Shown here: positions 1 to 13,022 of the stretch, one piece after another
Numbering within the stretch: the first letter of the stretch is position 1
Layout of the letters: each line of letters starts with the position of its first letter
Assembly (NCBI GenBank): GCA_964247055.1
Contig: OZ176054.1
Location: 8,494,001-8,558,000 of the forward strand
Direction of reading: 5' to 3'
Origin: Paragordius varius
Lineage: Eukaryota; Animalia; Nematomorpha
Length of the DNA: 64,000 nt
Made by a program: the position numbers and the translations under genes
The notes under the pieces: generated by a model
Database searches by the model: none
What the model was told of the DNA's origin: nothing
Seen by the model: only the letters and a program-made list of their open reading frames with translations

Positions 1-3000
1 ACTGTTACGCAATGTCGCATGCTTTGGACCGATTTATACTTGGCCGTCTTGTCCGATCGTTACGCAAAGAAAAAAGTTACGCCCGAAGGTGTTAAATATT
101 CAGTAAGTATTAAGTATTTATTGGACTGATTATTGATAGATTGATAATAGATATGTTGCATAACTAAAGTAAAAATATTTGGAATTATTATTAGGAGGAA
201 TTCGGGCGATAATGTGAATTTTTGTGCTATAATTATTGATATATTGTGAATAAAATAAGTATGGCTATTGAGGTTTTTATTAAAAATTTGATCGATTTTC
301 ACTCATCTGACTTTTCCTATAATAGAAATGAGGGTTGGGTTTTTGACAGTTAAATAACGGAACTGAAATTCTATAAAATTATAAAATATCTTGATTTTTA
401 TATCTTCCATATATCACGTCTTGAACATATGTTGAAATTTTATTAGGGTTTTTCTGCGCCTTCTAATGATAATGAATGTATAACCGATACTCCCTCAGTT
501 TTTTTTATTTTTTAGAGTGTAACCAGTATTCAGCTGTTGTTTAAAATTTTATAATAATTTGATTTAATTATTACAATACGTAGTGTAGTTTTTTACTGTG
601 AAATTCGCGTTAACAATTCATATAATATTCATAATTAGGGCCTTTCATATGCATTTGAAATCTTTCACATTCGTCAATCCGAAGTTCCAAAGGACACAAT
701 AGAATTTAAAAGTAATTTTCCTGGTATACTCGCATTAAATATCTAAAAATTTCGGATTTATGTAATTTTCTATTTTATATCGTAATAATCTATTGTGTTT
801 TATTTATTTTTTTATAATTTAAAACAATTATATTAAATTTTAATCTTTTTAAATTAATCCTGATTCATTTCTATGTGTAATTTTTGTTGTATGATAATCA
901 AAAAATAGTTAAATTGTGTGTTCATATTCTTTTACAATTTGATTTATATGACATTTATTATCTTTTTGTGCAAATTTATTTAATCATTTTTTTATAGATA
1001 AAATTGTCCATTTCCAACCCGAACCCAAAGGAAATAAAATAGGTATTATAGCGGAAAATAAGGGTGCCCGTAGTGTCTACCTCTATGAAGTAAATAGTGG
1101 AGGAAAACCGCCTACTCTTTTACGTAAGAAAAATTCATAAAAGTATTGTATGTTAGGATTTTTAATACATTTATAAGAATTAATATTAAGAAATTAATTA
1201 TTTAGCCCGAAAATTTTCAATTATATAACATTAATTAGTTTTTGTGGCAAAAATTTTATTCGGTATATTTTAATATATGTATATAAATTTAGTTGAACTT
1301 AGTATGCGCAAATTTAACCGACTTTTTTGGTGTCCGAATGGACAATTCCTGGTTATTGCCGAATTGGGATCACGATCGTAAGTTGTTATAACTCTTTAAT
1401 TTTAATTTTATTATAAATTTTTATGTTGTTTATTAAAATTAATTTTACAAATTTTTTTGATGTATCCTAATGTGATATTGAAAAAGTTTCTAATATTAAT
1501 AAATATAATTAATTGATTTATTTAAATTATTCGATGAATATTAATTTAATTACAAAAGTTTTTCTCTCATTCTAAACTATATTACAAATTTTGATTAATA
1601 TTTTAATGATTATTATGTTTTAAATTAAACTTTATATTTCGTACATTTGAATCTATTCATATACCCCATTATAAATTAATACTTTTATTATTTATATTTT
1701 TTGGCAATAAGAAAAACTTTTTTTTGCATAGTGATTCCGGTGACCTTTTATTTTTGGACACGAAAGATATGACACGCATGGCTGAAGTGTCGCATCCACA
1801 TGTGGATTTGGTTAAATGGGATTTTACCGGTCGATTTGTTGCAACTGCAGTCACACTAAATTATCAAGTTTCTGTCTAAATTTATAACTGGATATATTTT
1901 TGAAATTAAGAAATTGTCATTTCGATGTTAATATACCTCAAACGTAGTTGTTTAGATAACAAGTGTATTTTAACTAATTAGTTATTGACGTATGCATTTT
2001 TTTAAATAAGATGCTATTTATATGTATACAACCGCTAAAAGCTACATGTACATTGATTTCAATCAAAAATTCGCGATTATTCGAAAATATATCATCCAAA
2101 ATTGAGCTTAAAATAAATAAATAAAAACAAAAATTATCAAAGCAGCACGCGAAATATCTGTGTTGAAAACTCCCCTGAGTTAAACAATGAAGAGCTTTTG
2201 ATTTGGATAATGTCCCATGCACATTTTAACAATTGGGTTCGTTTTAAGGGGCATTTTCACTCTATATATATATTTATATATGATTAACCAAATGTTACCT
2301 AATTGGCAAATTCATATTAATTTTATTTATATTTTTATTTCCATGATTAGCGTGAAAATGCATTTCGTATCTGGACTTTCCAGGGTAAACAGCTCAATCA
2401 TACACCATGTATTAGGTTACGAGATTTCGATTGGAGACCACGATTGAAAGCTAGTATGGAAATACTGACTGATCAGGAGGTCAAAGAAATACAAAGGGGC
2501 CTAAAGAAGTTTAGTGCCGTTTTCGATACGGCTGATAAGGCTTTATACACTCAGGCTGCTAAGGTAGATAATAAATTATTTAATTTGTTTAAAAACATTA
2601 TTTGATTTATAAAATTTCCGAAATACGTATAAGCTTGATGCATTATTTGAGAATAAAAGATACTTGTATGTGCGGTTTTAACAAATTTATTTGAATTTTA
2701 AGAAAACTCACATACTTATTTGAGTAATTAATATTTTGATTAATTATTTTTTGCTAACGTTTTTTTAACCAATTATATTTTCTATATCTTAGGAAGTAAC
2801 AGAAAAACGCAAAAAGGAAAAGGAAGATTTTGAGGTGTATTTAGAATCCAAAATTTCCAAGCAAGAAAAAATAAAAGAAGCCCGTCTTGCCCTTGTTAAA
2901 GGTATGTTTGGTGGTATTTCCTTAATTCGTTTTTATAAATATATATATATATATGTAAGGTTCACCTATATTCTAAAATTATAAATATTTTTAATTTTGG

Positions 3001-3328
3001 GCCTGACCGGTTATGAATGGAGTAATGAACGTGACCGCTTTTAATAATAACCAGTTAATAACTTTAAAACGGCTAAAACGTGTCATCAAATGCATCTGAT
3101 ATTCGAGTGTAAATTAGAATTTGTAATAATTATTTTTTTGCATATTGTTTTTGAATATGCTTTACCTTAATAAAAACGAATAAATGGTAAATTTAAGTTT
3201 TATATTTTGTATAAAAATAACATAATTAATCGTTTAATATCTTTTTGATGACAGATTCAGATAAATTAGAGGAAGAAGTTTATGAAATATTGCAATCTGA
3301 AGAAACTCAACCAGCTCCAAAAATTTAG
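1..3328 (+). CDS. EIF3B: Eukaryotic translation initiation factor 3 subunit B, 3' part (gene starts before the window); about 8 exons
   Basis: Spliced exons read TVTQCRMLWTDLYLAVLSDRYAKKK (1-102), GLSYAFEIFHIRQSEVPKDTIEF (~639-710), IVHFQPEPKGNKIGII, FNRLFWCPNGQFLVIAEL, DLVKWDFTGRFVATAV, ENAFRIWTFQGK..FDWRPR, and LEEEVYEILQSEETQPAPKI* (TAG 3326-3328). These match the eIF3b/PRT1 C-terminal beta-propeller motifs in order, with GT-AG junctions. Confidence 0.92.
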
Positions 3329-3925
3329 CCATAAACTTGCCTTCATTATCTTAAAATCTATTTATACTATTCTCAAGCAAGCACACAATAATAAAAATAT
3401 ACATTTTCATTACATACTTCCACCATTTACGTTTTCATTGTGAAAACTATCAATTTTGCAAAAGGATTATTTAATTTTTTTCCCAATCTATAATTGTATA
3501 TAATTAAATCATTTACACATTACACCTCACCCATTTCCGTATATTTTGCGACTGAACTTTTATAATTACCTTATTTTTTCGAAATTATTTTTGTGTGTAA
3601 GCATGATAATTATTTTTTATGAAATAAATTATAAAAAATTTATATATTTGCACGTTAATGATAGCTTTCATGGCTTTCAAATAAAGTCTAATTAAATTAT
3701 AATTTTAGGCGAAAAGATAATAATCAAATCCATTTGTTTACTTTTAAGCAATCATTGGGATAAAACAAATCATCAAAAATATATTAATAAATTTATTATT
3801 ATTTTTTAAATACCTTCTCTAAAGGGTTCCACTTTATCAAACATTTAAAATATGTAAAGGGATCTTAAGAATTCTAGATGTAAGATTATATTTATTTATT
3901 AGCGTTATACATATGTTTGTCTCAT

Positions 3926-5662
3926 TCAATTTGTAAAAGTGCCCAAATAAGTTTTGCAATTTCCACAGTAATGATTGACGTCCATGTTGCACAATTTGCA
4001 TCCAAAACATGCGCAAAGGCCCTTGAAAGAGTAAACACAATTGGCCTAAATATAATTGGTAAATAATGGTGAGACTGTGTTGTTTTGAAAAAATGATGTT
4101 TTTTCGGAATGAAAAAGTGTTGTTTTGTATATAAAGGTAATATATTTAGGCTAAAAAACAGAAGTTTGTTAAAAGATTGTCCAAATTTTGGTGTCAACTT
4201 CTAATTTTGTTCTAAACTATTTTTTTTGGCTAGGGGCATTAGCTCAGTTATATATATAACTAATTTGGAAAAGTATATTAGTAACGATATAGGTTTATGG
4301 ATCTCCAAAAAATCAAAAAACTTAAAATATTTTATTGAAGCAATACATGATGTTTGATTACATTGAATTCTGGAGAGATAAGGTATCGGGATCTCATAAT
4401 TTATTTGTTTGAGGTTTATAAATCCTAATTATTTATTATTTTACATTATCGAAAATAGCAAATTTCGCCCCCTTTTAAAGATAATCAAATAATTTTATTA
4501 TTATTATATATATTTTAAATAATATTTGTATTTATATATTGTGGAAAAGTCCCGAATTCGGAAAATACGCTCCTATATTGATACTTCGTTACCTTTTTAC
4601 TTTTTCTCCTAGTTTACCTTTGGGGGGAGTTTTATATCGCGAGCTTAATTTTGCAAATAAACTTATGAAAGTTATTTTAGTTTAAATTTAATTGTCAAAC
4701 ATTGTTCTCCATTAGATAAAAAAGATTATATTTTTTACAGTTTTGTCACTTCTAAAGCCAAAAATTGGAACAGCTCCAAAACACGATGGAAACGAACAGC
4801 TGATATTAAAACAAAAAAAGTGATATGGGCCTGAAAGTCTAAAGAGGGTATATTTTCGAATTCGGCCTAATACCTTAAATACTTTCTAAGATGTTTAAAT
4901 TTCAATTTTCTATGGTATCTCAAAAGATAATGGAGTGTTAAACGAGATGGTTCCCAAAACAAATAACACCTGGAATTCTGATACGTTAATTTATAGATAA
5001 CTTTATTTATTCATTTTCCACCAATAAAGCTGCAGAGTCTTATTTTTATTAAAAAAAATAAACTAAACTAAATGCAATTCTAGGGGAAACCACATATATT
5101 ATAATCGGTTGCAAAACAAAAGTCCTTTACTGTGCGTTTTTAAACCGGTAATTTATAAGGAATTTAACAAAATTGTTTTGATGGTGAATGGGAGTTTGAA
5201 TCTTTGTTAGCATTTTACTAATGTTATTAGGCCCTTTGTATGGCATCGACACTTCACAATAAAAGGTTTCACATAATGTATTTTACACTATAAAAGAGAT
5301 ATATATAAATAATTATGAAGGGAGGTATCTTCCATTAACAAGATATTTAATCGTTGCCAAAATGAATTGTCCGCCCGTTTAAAACATTAGCAAAGGTTTT
5401 TTAAAAAATTAAAAACATTTTTCATCAACCTTTATAGGCATAAGTCATTAATCAATACTTTTGCCACTGATTTATTATTATAACTTAATTTTACCAAACA
5501 AGGAGGTAGACTTGATATTAGGGTTATTTTGGATTTGAGGCACATTTTACAATTGGGACAAAAGATATATATTGGATTCGGAGTTAATTCTGGTGTTATC
5601 CGCAATTCACTCAATTTCCTATTTTCATCAGATAAAATTTTAGTTGTGTCGCTTTCTATCAT
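3926..5662 (-). CDS. LITAF-domain (zf-LITAF-like) small protein, 2 exons (5662-5495, 4045-3926)
   Basis: Exon 1 gives PNPIYIFCPNCKMCLKSKI..LPPCL and exon 2 gives ANCVYSFKGLCACFGCKLCNMDVNHYCGNCKTYLGTFTN*. The join is phase 0 via GT(5494)-AG(4046). The first CxxC and the DVxHYCxxC..LG motif are LITAF hallmarks. Confidence 0.8.
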
Positions 5663-5835
5663 TCGATTATATTTTATTAATACAATAATGTTATGTTAAT
5701 ATTTATATATAAAATAAATCAACAATCAGTTTTTGTATAAAAATATTTATTATCTATATAGGAATTTATAAATTCATCACAGATTAAGAGTAGTAATGTA
5801 CATAATTCGAAGATAATATTATCTATCCAAAGCAA

Positions 5836-7822
5836 TCATATGAATTGTACAATTTTAATTGAATTTTCAAAAGCGATGGAATGTGCATTACAATACTTTA
5901 AACACAACGTATAATTTTCTTTGATTTCAGATATATCGTCACTCGCCTTAACCAAACTATTTTGCGCAACAGATTTTGTTTTATCTTTTTCAAAAGCATT
6001 GTTGCCATTGTTTAAGTATCGTCCTATTTCACTTGCATCAATTTCAAACAGTTGAATTTTCGGACATAGTGAACAAGCCAAAATACTTTCTTGTATTTGA
6101 GGCCAGGGAAATATTTGGAGAATTAGGGAAGCTTGACGGTCACCATATTCTTGCAAAATGCGTGCCATTTTAGGTGGAAGAGGACCACTCACATATTTTA
6201 ACCAAAAATATTTTGTTGTATTTAATTCATTTACTCCATCATTTTCGCTTTCGCTGTTGTATGCCAAATTGCTTTGACCATGCGCTGCCTGATAAACCTC
6301 GGACAGTAGATTAGATGAATGTACGAATTGAGAAAAGGTGCATACACTATCTGAATTCGCTAGGAGATTGAGAGATATGTTTGATGTAGTCGTTGTTCTA
6401 TCATGTCTGCCATTTGCAATCATACTTTTGTACGTTTTCCTTCGGTTCGGATAACTAGAGTTTTTTTCTTTATCACTCATCACATCCCCTAAAAGGGCAT
6501 AAAAGCGTCCACTTCTGTGCAATGGTATGTAAACTATATCATTTTCATCATCGTTATTATTACGGCCATCAAAATTAGGTAGCTTAGTCTTTTGAAGGCT
6601 TGGTAAAATGTATCGACACCTCAAAAATTGTGGGAGATTTGTATTAGTTATTGGACGATTTGAAACTGCTTGTAACATTTTAGGTGAGGGAGACACTTTT
6701 TGGTTTGTAAGTAGCTTGTTTGGATCACAACCATTTTTAAGAAATTGGATTTTGTCCATAGACATATTCCAATCATTGCAATTGTTTTCGCTGTTTATGC
6801 TATATTTTTGGGTCAAAAAAGTAAGATAAAATAAAATAATTTGGCTTCATGTTTATCAAGTAAGGAGTGTAAAAATATTTTTATAAATTTTATTTAAACT
6901 GTTCATATAAAATTATGATATACCCGAATCCAGATTCCTGATATAATCCCATAGATTGAAATGCACAACCTTTGGGCAAGGTTCTTTTACAAAACATTTG
7001 AGTTTCTATTTTATTATTATTTGAATTTAATTCTAATCGATTTTGACAATTTTGGGGAGATTTTGAATCAGTTGAAATGCGAAAATATGCTGGCATCTCA
7101 TCAATCGACAAAAATTTATCGATATGATACATTACAATTTGTTCGATTCTAGTATAGCATTTAGGTGATGTGTTTTGATAGCTGAAATAACCTAAAAAAA
7201 TATTTAATATTTTGAGTTTAAATATAAATTAAAATTCAGTTTTGATTAATATTCAGTAAATTTTTAATTTAATTTTTGTTATATCATTTTATGGAATTTA
7301 ACAATAATTAAAATAAGTTATAAAATGTGTGTCATCAAAAATATTTTTAACACGATTAAAATGTTTTTTTGATAATATATGAATTAGAAGATCGAAGTAA
7401 ACTAGGCTGCATGGGGTAACTTTCGAATAAAAAAGTCTAAATTTTGCGAAAACCATTGTAAAAACCCTCTTTTAACCGAACGAAAAAACAACTAAGGATA
7501 TATATATACCTTCATAATTTTCTGGAATTATAATGTTGAATAGGGGTTGAACCGTTGGAGTAATATTTTGTTTCGACAGATTAGAATTGATAATATCATT
7601 GTTAAAGTCATCTTTATTTTTATTATTATTAACGGATGGTGGAATTATTAATATGCATTTGGCAGCTATTTTGGCATACCTAAGGCGTTTGTACATAAAT
7701 ATAGGTATATTTTTTCCCTCTTGAATGGTATTATTCATTTTATTATGTCCAATTTTGGCCGCAAATTCGCAGGGTACCGTCACTAAATTGGGTAAAGTTG
7801 ATTGAAAGTTAGTAGTCTCCAT
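5836..7822 (-). CDS. CABIT-domain protein, Serrano/Themis/GAREM-like; 3 exons (~7822-7510, ~7191-6920, ~6801-5836)
   Basis: The spliced frame gives IFMYKRLRYAKIAAK..IIIPENYEG|YFSY..CYTRIEQIVMYHIDKFLSIDEMPAY, then VYIPLHRSGRFYAL and GPLPPK..ESILACSL..QLFEID. These resemble recalled CABIT/Serrano motifs. Splice phases are consistent. Family assignment is from motif memory only. Confidence 0.6.
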
Positions 7823-8044
7823 TGAAATAGCCTTATTATTTTATATTATAAAGGAGACAAAATATTAAGTTATAAATTAAATGGAGAAAAAATAGAGATC
7901 ATATCTGAAGTTAATAATGTGTGAAATAAAGTAACAATTCTTAACGCTATATATAAGTTAAACAGATTAGGTAGGTGGATTTAATTTTATTGGTAATAAC
8001 AAAGCAACAACTATACTTTATTACATAATTTTTTATGTAATGTG

Positions 8045-8070
8045 GTTAGTTAGTTAGTTAGTTAGTTAGT
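8045..8070. repeat. (GTTA)6 microsatellite
   Basis: gttagttagttagttagttagttagt read directly. Confidence 0.9.
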
Positions 8071-9616
8071 TTGATGTATCAGAAAGATTAAAGAGGTGTG
8101 AATTGGTTTAAATAAGATTTTTTATTAAATTATATGCATAGATATAAATCATAATGTAATAATAAAAAATATGATCAACAAATCTTAAAATAAATTTCAT
8201 TATTTAGTACATGCTTATTTTAATGAAACCTATCGATAATAATAACAAAAGAAATTCTTAAGATTTTCTTTACATAGAAAGAATATTCTTGACACAGATA
8301 AAATCTAAACTTTAATTTTCTCACTCCTTATATATATATGTTATAATTTACATTAAATTTATTTTAAGTGTCATCAAATTAATTTGATTTATATATATAT
8401 ATGTAAGAATCTTTATGTAATGTACATAAAAATATTTGTTATATAAATATACTAATAATTTATTAATTTTCATTTCTTAATAAAAAATTAACTTTAACTT
8501 TATAATTATTATAATACAAAAACAAACTTTATTGTTACTAAATAGATATATAGATGTATAAATGAATCAAAAAGGAAGTGAGGTCAATAATCAGATCAAA
8601 CAATTCAACTCACTCAACAAAAAGAATGGGAGATTGTCCTTTTAATACAATTATTTATATTTTAAGAAGTATAATGGATTTTACATAAATTGATTTCCTT
8701 TAAGGAAACACTAATTATATTTGCGATATAACATTATACCTATCTCATCAGATAACCATCTTTATTTTTTTTATTTAGTAAAAAGGAGGAAATTTAAAAT
8801 AATAATTATTTTCAATCGTTCATTTTCAAATTTTTGCCAAAATATATATATATATATATATAATTGATGATTCTATTGCAACAAATAGTTTAGTTATATA
8901 AATAATCAATAGGCTAAATAATATTCGGTAAATATATTAAAAGTTTTTTTACGGTAAATATATTATCAGACATTTAAAATAATTATAATTTAAAGAAGTT
9001 AGTGTAAATAATATTAAACAAATAATGTTTCTTGTGGATATATGGCTATGTTACTTTTTATACTTAATCCAATTAATATAATCCCTCTAATATATATTTT
9101 AGTTTTTTAAATCACAATCTTAACTTACGCTAAAACTCTATAAACCTTAACATGACAGTTATTAAAAAACTAATGAAAATAAAAATCACTGATTTTTGTT
9201 ATTATATTCAATTTGTAACATTATATAATACCATTATCTAAGTAATACGTATAACTCTCTCTGGAACAATCTTTTGTAGTAAATAAACCCTTTTAATAAT
9301 TTACAAACAATGGTTAGAGTTAACTATGATATTTAAATAAAAAAGATATTGAGCATGTTAATTACATAATCAAATAACTATCTTATTATGCAATATATCT
9401 CTTTGGATCTGTATTGATAAAATTTTAATTGAATGTGGATTAAAAAAAAGCCATAAAAATATTCTAGTCGTATTACGGATCACTGTGGCTTAGTCCAAAC
9501 AATTATTTTTGAAACTGCTTCCAAAATTTCAGGGTCTCGATTATAGGGTAATTTGGATTGGGCACTACCACTCGCAAATTTAAAGGGTTCTTTGAATACA
9601 TATGGTCTTATACAAC

Positions 9617-10279
9617 TAGGGTGGTGCATTTGACTACCTTCCCAGTCAGACCATGGTCATGACCACTTTTTATTGAGTAAATATAATGCGTTATTGGATT
9701 GTCAAAATAAGGTTCGATTTACACATGGGTTTACCAATAATGTCATGTTTTTTCTTAAAAGTTTATACATTTTTTTGATATTTATTATTTAAAAATATTT
9801 TTATCAAGAAATTGTTTTTTTGCCACATGTTTGTGGCCTTCTGAATCTTCAAATACATAGCCTTTAATACTGGATATTAATAAAATTTTACCTTGTTTGT
9901 TTTACACTTTCTTTCATCATTAAGATATCCAATTATAGGAGGTTTTTCCTTTTATTGGTTAACATATATGGAGTAATGGCATATTTTGCAAAGTGCTTGA
10001 TTGTTTTCTTTTTTGAAATAACTGGTCATGCTTAAATTCTTATGTTATAAGGAGGCATGTTGAACAATTTTTAATATAATATTAAATAATCATATATAAT
10101 ATTTAATTTTCATTTTTAAAAAATATATTAAAAAACAATATCTCTCTTCCAAAAAAAATTTACTAGCGTTTTTTCAAAAAACAACTGTTTTTTAATGACC
10201 ATGGTCAAAAAATAAATAGTCACTGACCTGGTCATGACCCGGTTAATTGACCGGGTCATACTTGGTCAGCACAACCCTA
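9617..10279. mobile_element. Non-autonomous hAT-type element (MITE), ~660 bp
   Basis: TIRs are TAGGGTGGTGC and GCACAACCCTA. The 8-bp TSD is tatacaac (9609-9616) / catacaac (10280-10287), one mismatch. Subterminal GGTCA/TGACC repeats are present. Confidence 0.8.
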
Positions 10280-11565
10280 CATACAACTGGTAAACGAGTA
10301 CGATTGGGGCATTTTATAAAATTATCATTTATTTTGGATGGACTAGCAAGTTTTAATTTTAAAAAGAGATTTTAAAAGATATCTTTTAAACCATTGATCG
10401 GGTCATTATGAAACAAATTTTTAAACTTTAATGGATGTGCACGTTTTCTTAACTAGATAATATTTTATGATTTCTGAGTTTTTACGTATTCTCCACCGAT
10501 TTTTTCTGACTAACTGCTGCTGGACATCTCTTTTATACTATGGGCTGAACACAGGGGGTTATTCATAAAAGCATCTCCGTCATTGTCAGGCCAATAAAGG
10601 ACATGTAAATGCCCATAATGGAATAATAAGGGTATACGTTTTCAGAAATATTGCTTCAGTGTTATGATAATTTATGTTAAAGTGTTTTTTAGATTTAGGT
10701 AACAGGGAGGCGCTTTATAATCTACTGTTTTATTAGAGAATTAATTGCCATTAATGACTTCACTTGGTTTGATAAGTCTTAAAAATCGGTTTATGATATT
10801 ATTTATTTAAAAAAATAGAGTTCTACCCCAGATAGTGCTAAACCAAATTAAAATATTGGCTCAACTATAATTACCGCCTAGAAAATTACTTTAAAGCCAA
10901 TGATTACCATTGGCCAAAATACATATGCTATTTTTCAGTAAATCTAAGAATATTTTTAGTTTCAAATATAAGGAAAAACAATATTAAAAAATTAAACTTT
11001 ATATAAAAAGTAATCTTAATAATTATATGTAATATTGCGTATGTATCCAATATGGATATGTTAATTTTTGCAGCAAATTGAATTGATTTAATCCCTCTAT
11101 ACTTATATTATTATATTTATTTGTTTATATAAAAACACGAGTTTAACCTACGTCAATATTTTCCAAAGGCTCGATAAGGTTGACATTTATTAAATTATGT
11201 GTATAATAAAAATAATCAATCTAAAAATTATATCTTTTATATACATAAATGTAAATTGAACACTGTTCTCCAATATACAAGGGTTTTTTTTAAAAAAAGA
11301 TTATTGAAATGCACTAATTATATTAGCTCCAAAACTTTACATTTTAACCCCTTATAATGGTATAATGTTTAAAGAATCAACTTAAAAAGATGATATTGCA
11401 TTATAAAATTTTTAATGTATGCTAGAACAGGAATCAACTTCTATAGAGGGCGAGACATTTCCAAAAAAATATACTATGCGTATTTCATATTCAAATGTAA
11501 GTTTGATGTTGTTTTAAAATCGTCAAGATAATATGAACAAATTATTTTACTTAAATTCTATAATA

Positions 11566-12800
11566 CTAGCGTAAATCTCGTGCTGCTACGCAGCCCGAGG
11601 AAGTCCTTCGGACTTCTGGGGAGGGGGGGTTCGAAGTTTGGATTTGAATGGGTCTACCGGTTTTCCGGTAGCAGATCACAAAGTTACATGAGGAATCAGT
11701 TTTTAGCGAGTAGCTCCTTACCCAGCAGCTATCATTAAAGAAACGTCTGAGTATTTTTGCCTTTTAACAGGGAATACGTGGAATACATATTGAATTTTTA
11801 CGGTCTCATACATAGGGAGAAAAATAGATATAAAAAATTATTTTTATGGACTTTGTTTTTTGAAAAAAATGGCATTTTACGGGGGTAGCGGGTAAAAAGA
11901 GGGTCTAAATCAAAAATGTGACTCGACTATGTTCGGCGCAATCGAAAATAAGTAAACAAAAATCATATTTGAAATTGAATGGTCCAACACGTTTTCCGGA
12001 AAATTGTCTCAAAGACACGATTTTTGTGGACTTCTGTTTTCAAAAAAAAACCGTTTTTCACACGGGGTGGGCCCGAACTGGGGGCCTATTTTAAAAAAAG
12101 GGCGAAGCTATTGTCGGGGCATTCATTAATGATTATATTTTTTCCAAGTTTGGATTTGAATGGGTCTACCGTTTTTCCTGTAGCAGATCACAAAGCCAGC
12201 ATTTTCCATTTTTATAAATATATAGATTACCATAAATAATGTATTAATATCCATATATCTTTTAACATCCTATACATATGATAGATACTCCTTACTCAGC
12301 AGCTATCATCAGACACGCTTGACTGAAATTTTTGCCTTTTAACAGGTAATACGAAAAATCCTTCTCGAATTTTTACAGTCTCATACCTTGGGCAAAAAAA
12401 TACAATCAAAAAATTATTTTTGTGGACTTTGTTTTTTTTTGAAAAAATGGCATTTTACGGGGGTAGCTGGTAAAAAGAGGGCCTAAATCAAAAAAGTGAG
12501 TCGACTATGTTCGGCGCAATCGAAAATAAGTAAACAAAAATCATATTTGAAATTGAATGGTCCAACACGTTTTCCGGAAAATTGTCTCAAAGACACGATT
12601 TTTGTGGACTTCTGTTTTCAAAAAAACCCGTTTTTCATACGGGGTGGGCCCGAACTGGGGGCCTATTTCAAAAAAAGGGCGAAGCTATTGTCGGGACATT
12701 TATTAATGATTATATTTTTTCAATATTTGGATTTGATTGGGTCTACCGGTTTTCCTATACCAGATCACAAAGCCAGCATTTATTTTTATAAATATATAGA
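11566..12800 (-). mobile_element. Non-autonomous Helitron, composite of two tandem units
   Basis: On the minus strand it starts A|TCTATATATTTATAAAA at 12800 (a second such start at 12226). It ends with hairpin CTCGGGCTGCGTAGCAGCACGAG, then 11 nt ending CTAG|T at 11566. Insertion is between A and T with no TSD. The ~500-bp units 11700-12226 and 12280-12800 are near-duplicates. Confidence 0.8.
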
Positions 12801-13022
12801 TTAATGCAAACTAACAATATTTTTACACATCACAAATGCTATATTTATTTTTAAACTTCATCATTACTGCTAATAATATATGCATGGTATATTATGGGTT
12901 ATTTTATGAAATGTGTAAGAACATTTCAATCTTGAACTTTACTAATAAACCAAAATATGGCGGAAAGTTCAATGATTGAGAGTGTTAATGTGTAAAATAG
13001 GCACATGTACATATTGTCTTAA

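Noticed and set aside
7380-7470. Stop-codon readthrough exon (AA*FTSI) in the CABIT gene
   Set aside because: A conventional acceptor at ~7191 gives an open, better-matching frame (EGYFSY..CYTRIEQIV).
8045-8070. Interstitial telomeric repeat
   Set aside because: The unit is TTAG, not TTAGG, TTAGGG or TTAGGC, and there are only six copies.
9430-10660. Relic ORF interrupted by the hAT insertion (MPQSYSFTSCIRPYVFKEPF..)
   Set aside because: It is short, matches no recognisable family, and neighbouring frames are full of stops.
11979-12804. ORFs 11979-12239, 12496-12804 and 12582-12791 as duplicated genes
   Set aside because: They lie inside the duplicated Helitron units, are antisense to the element, and show no protein family motifs.
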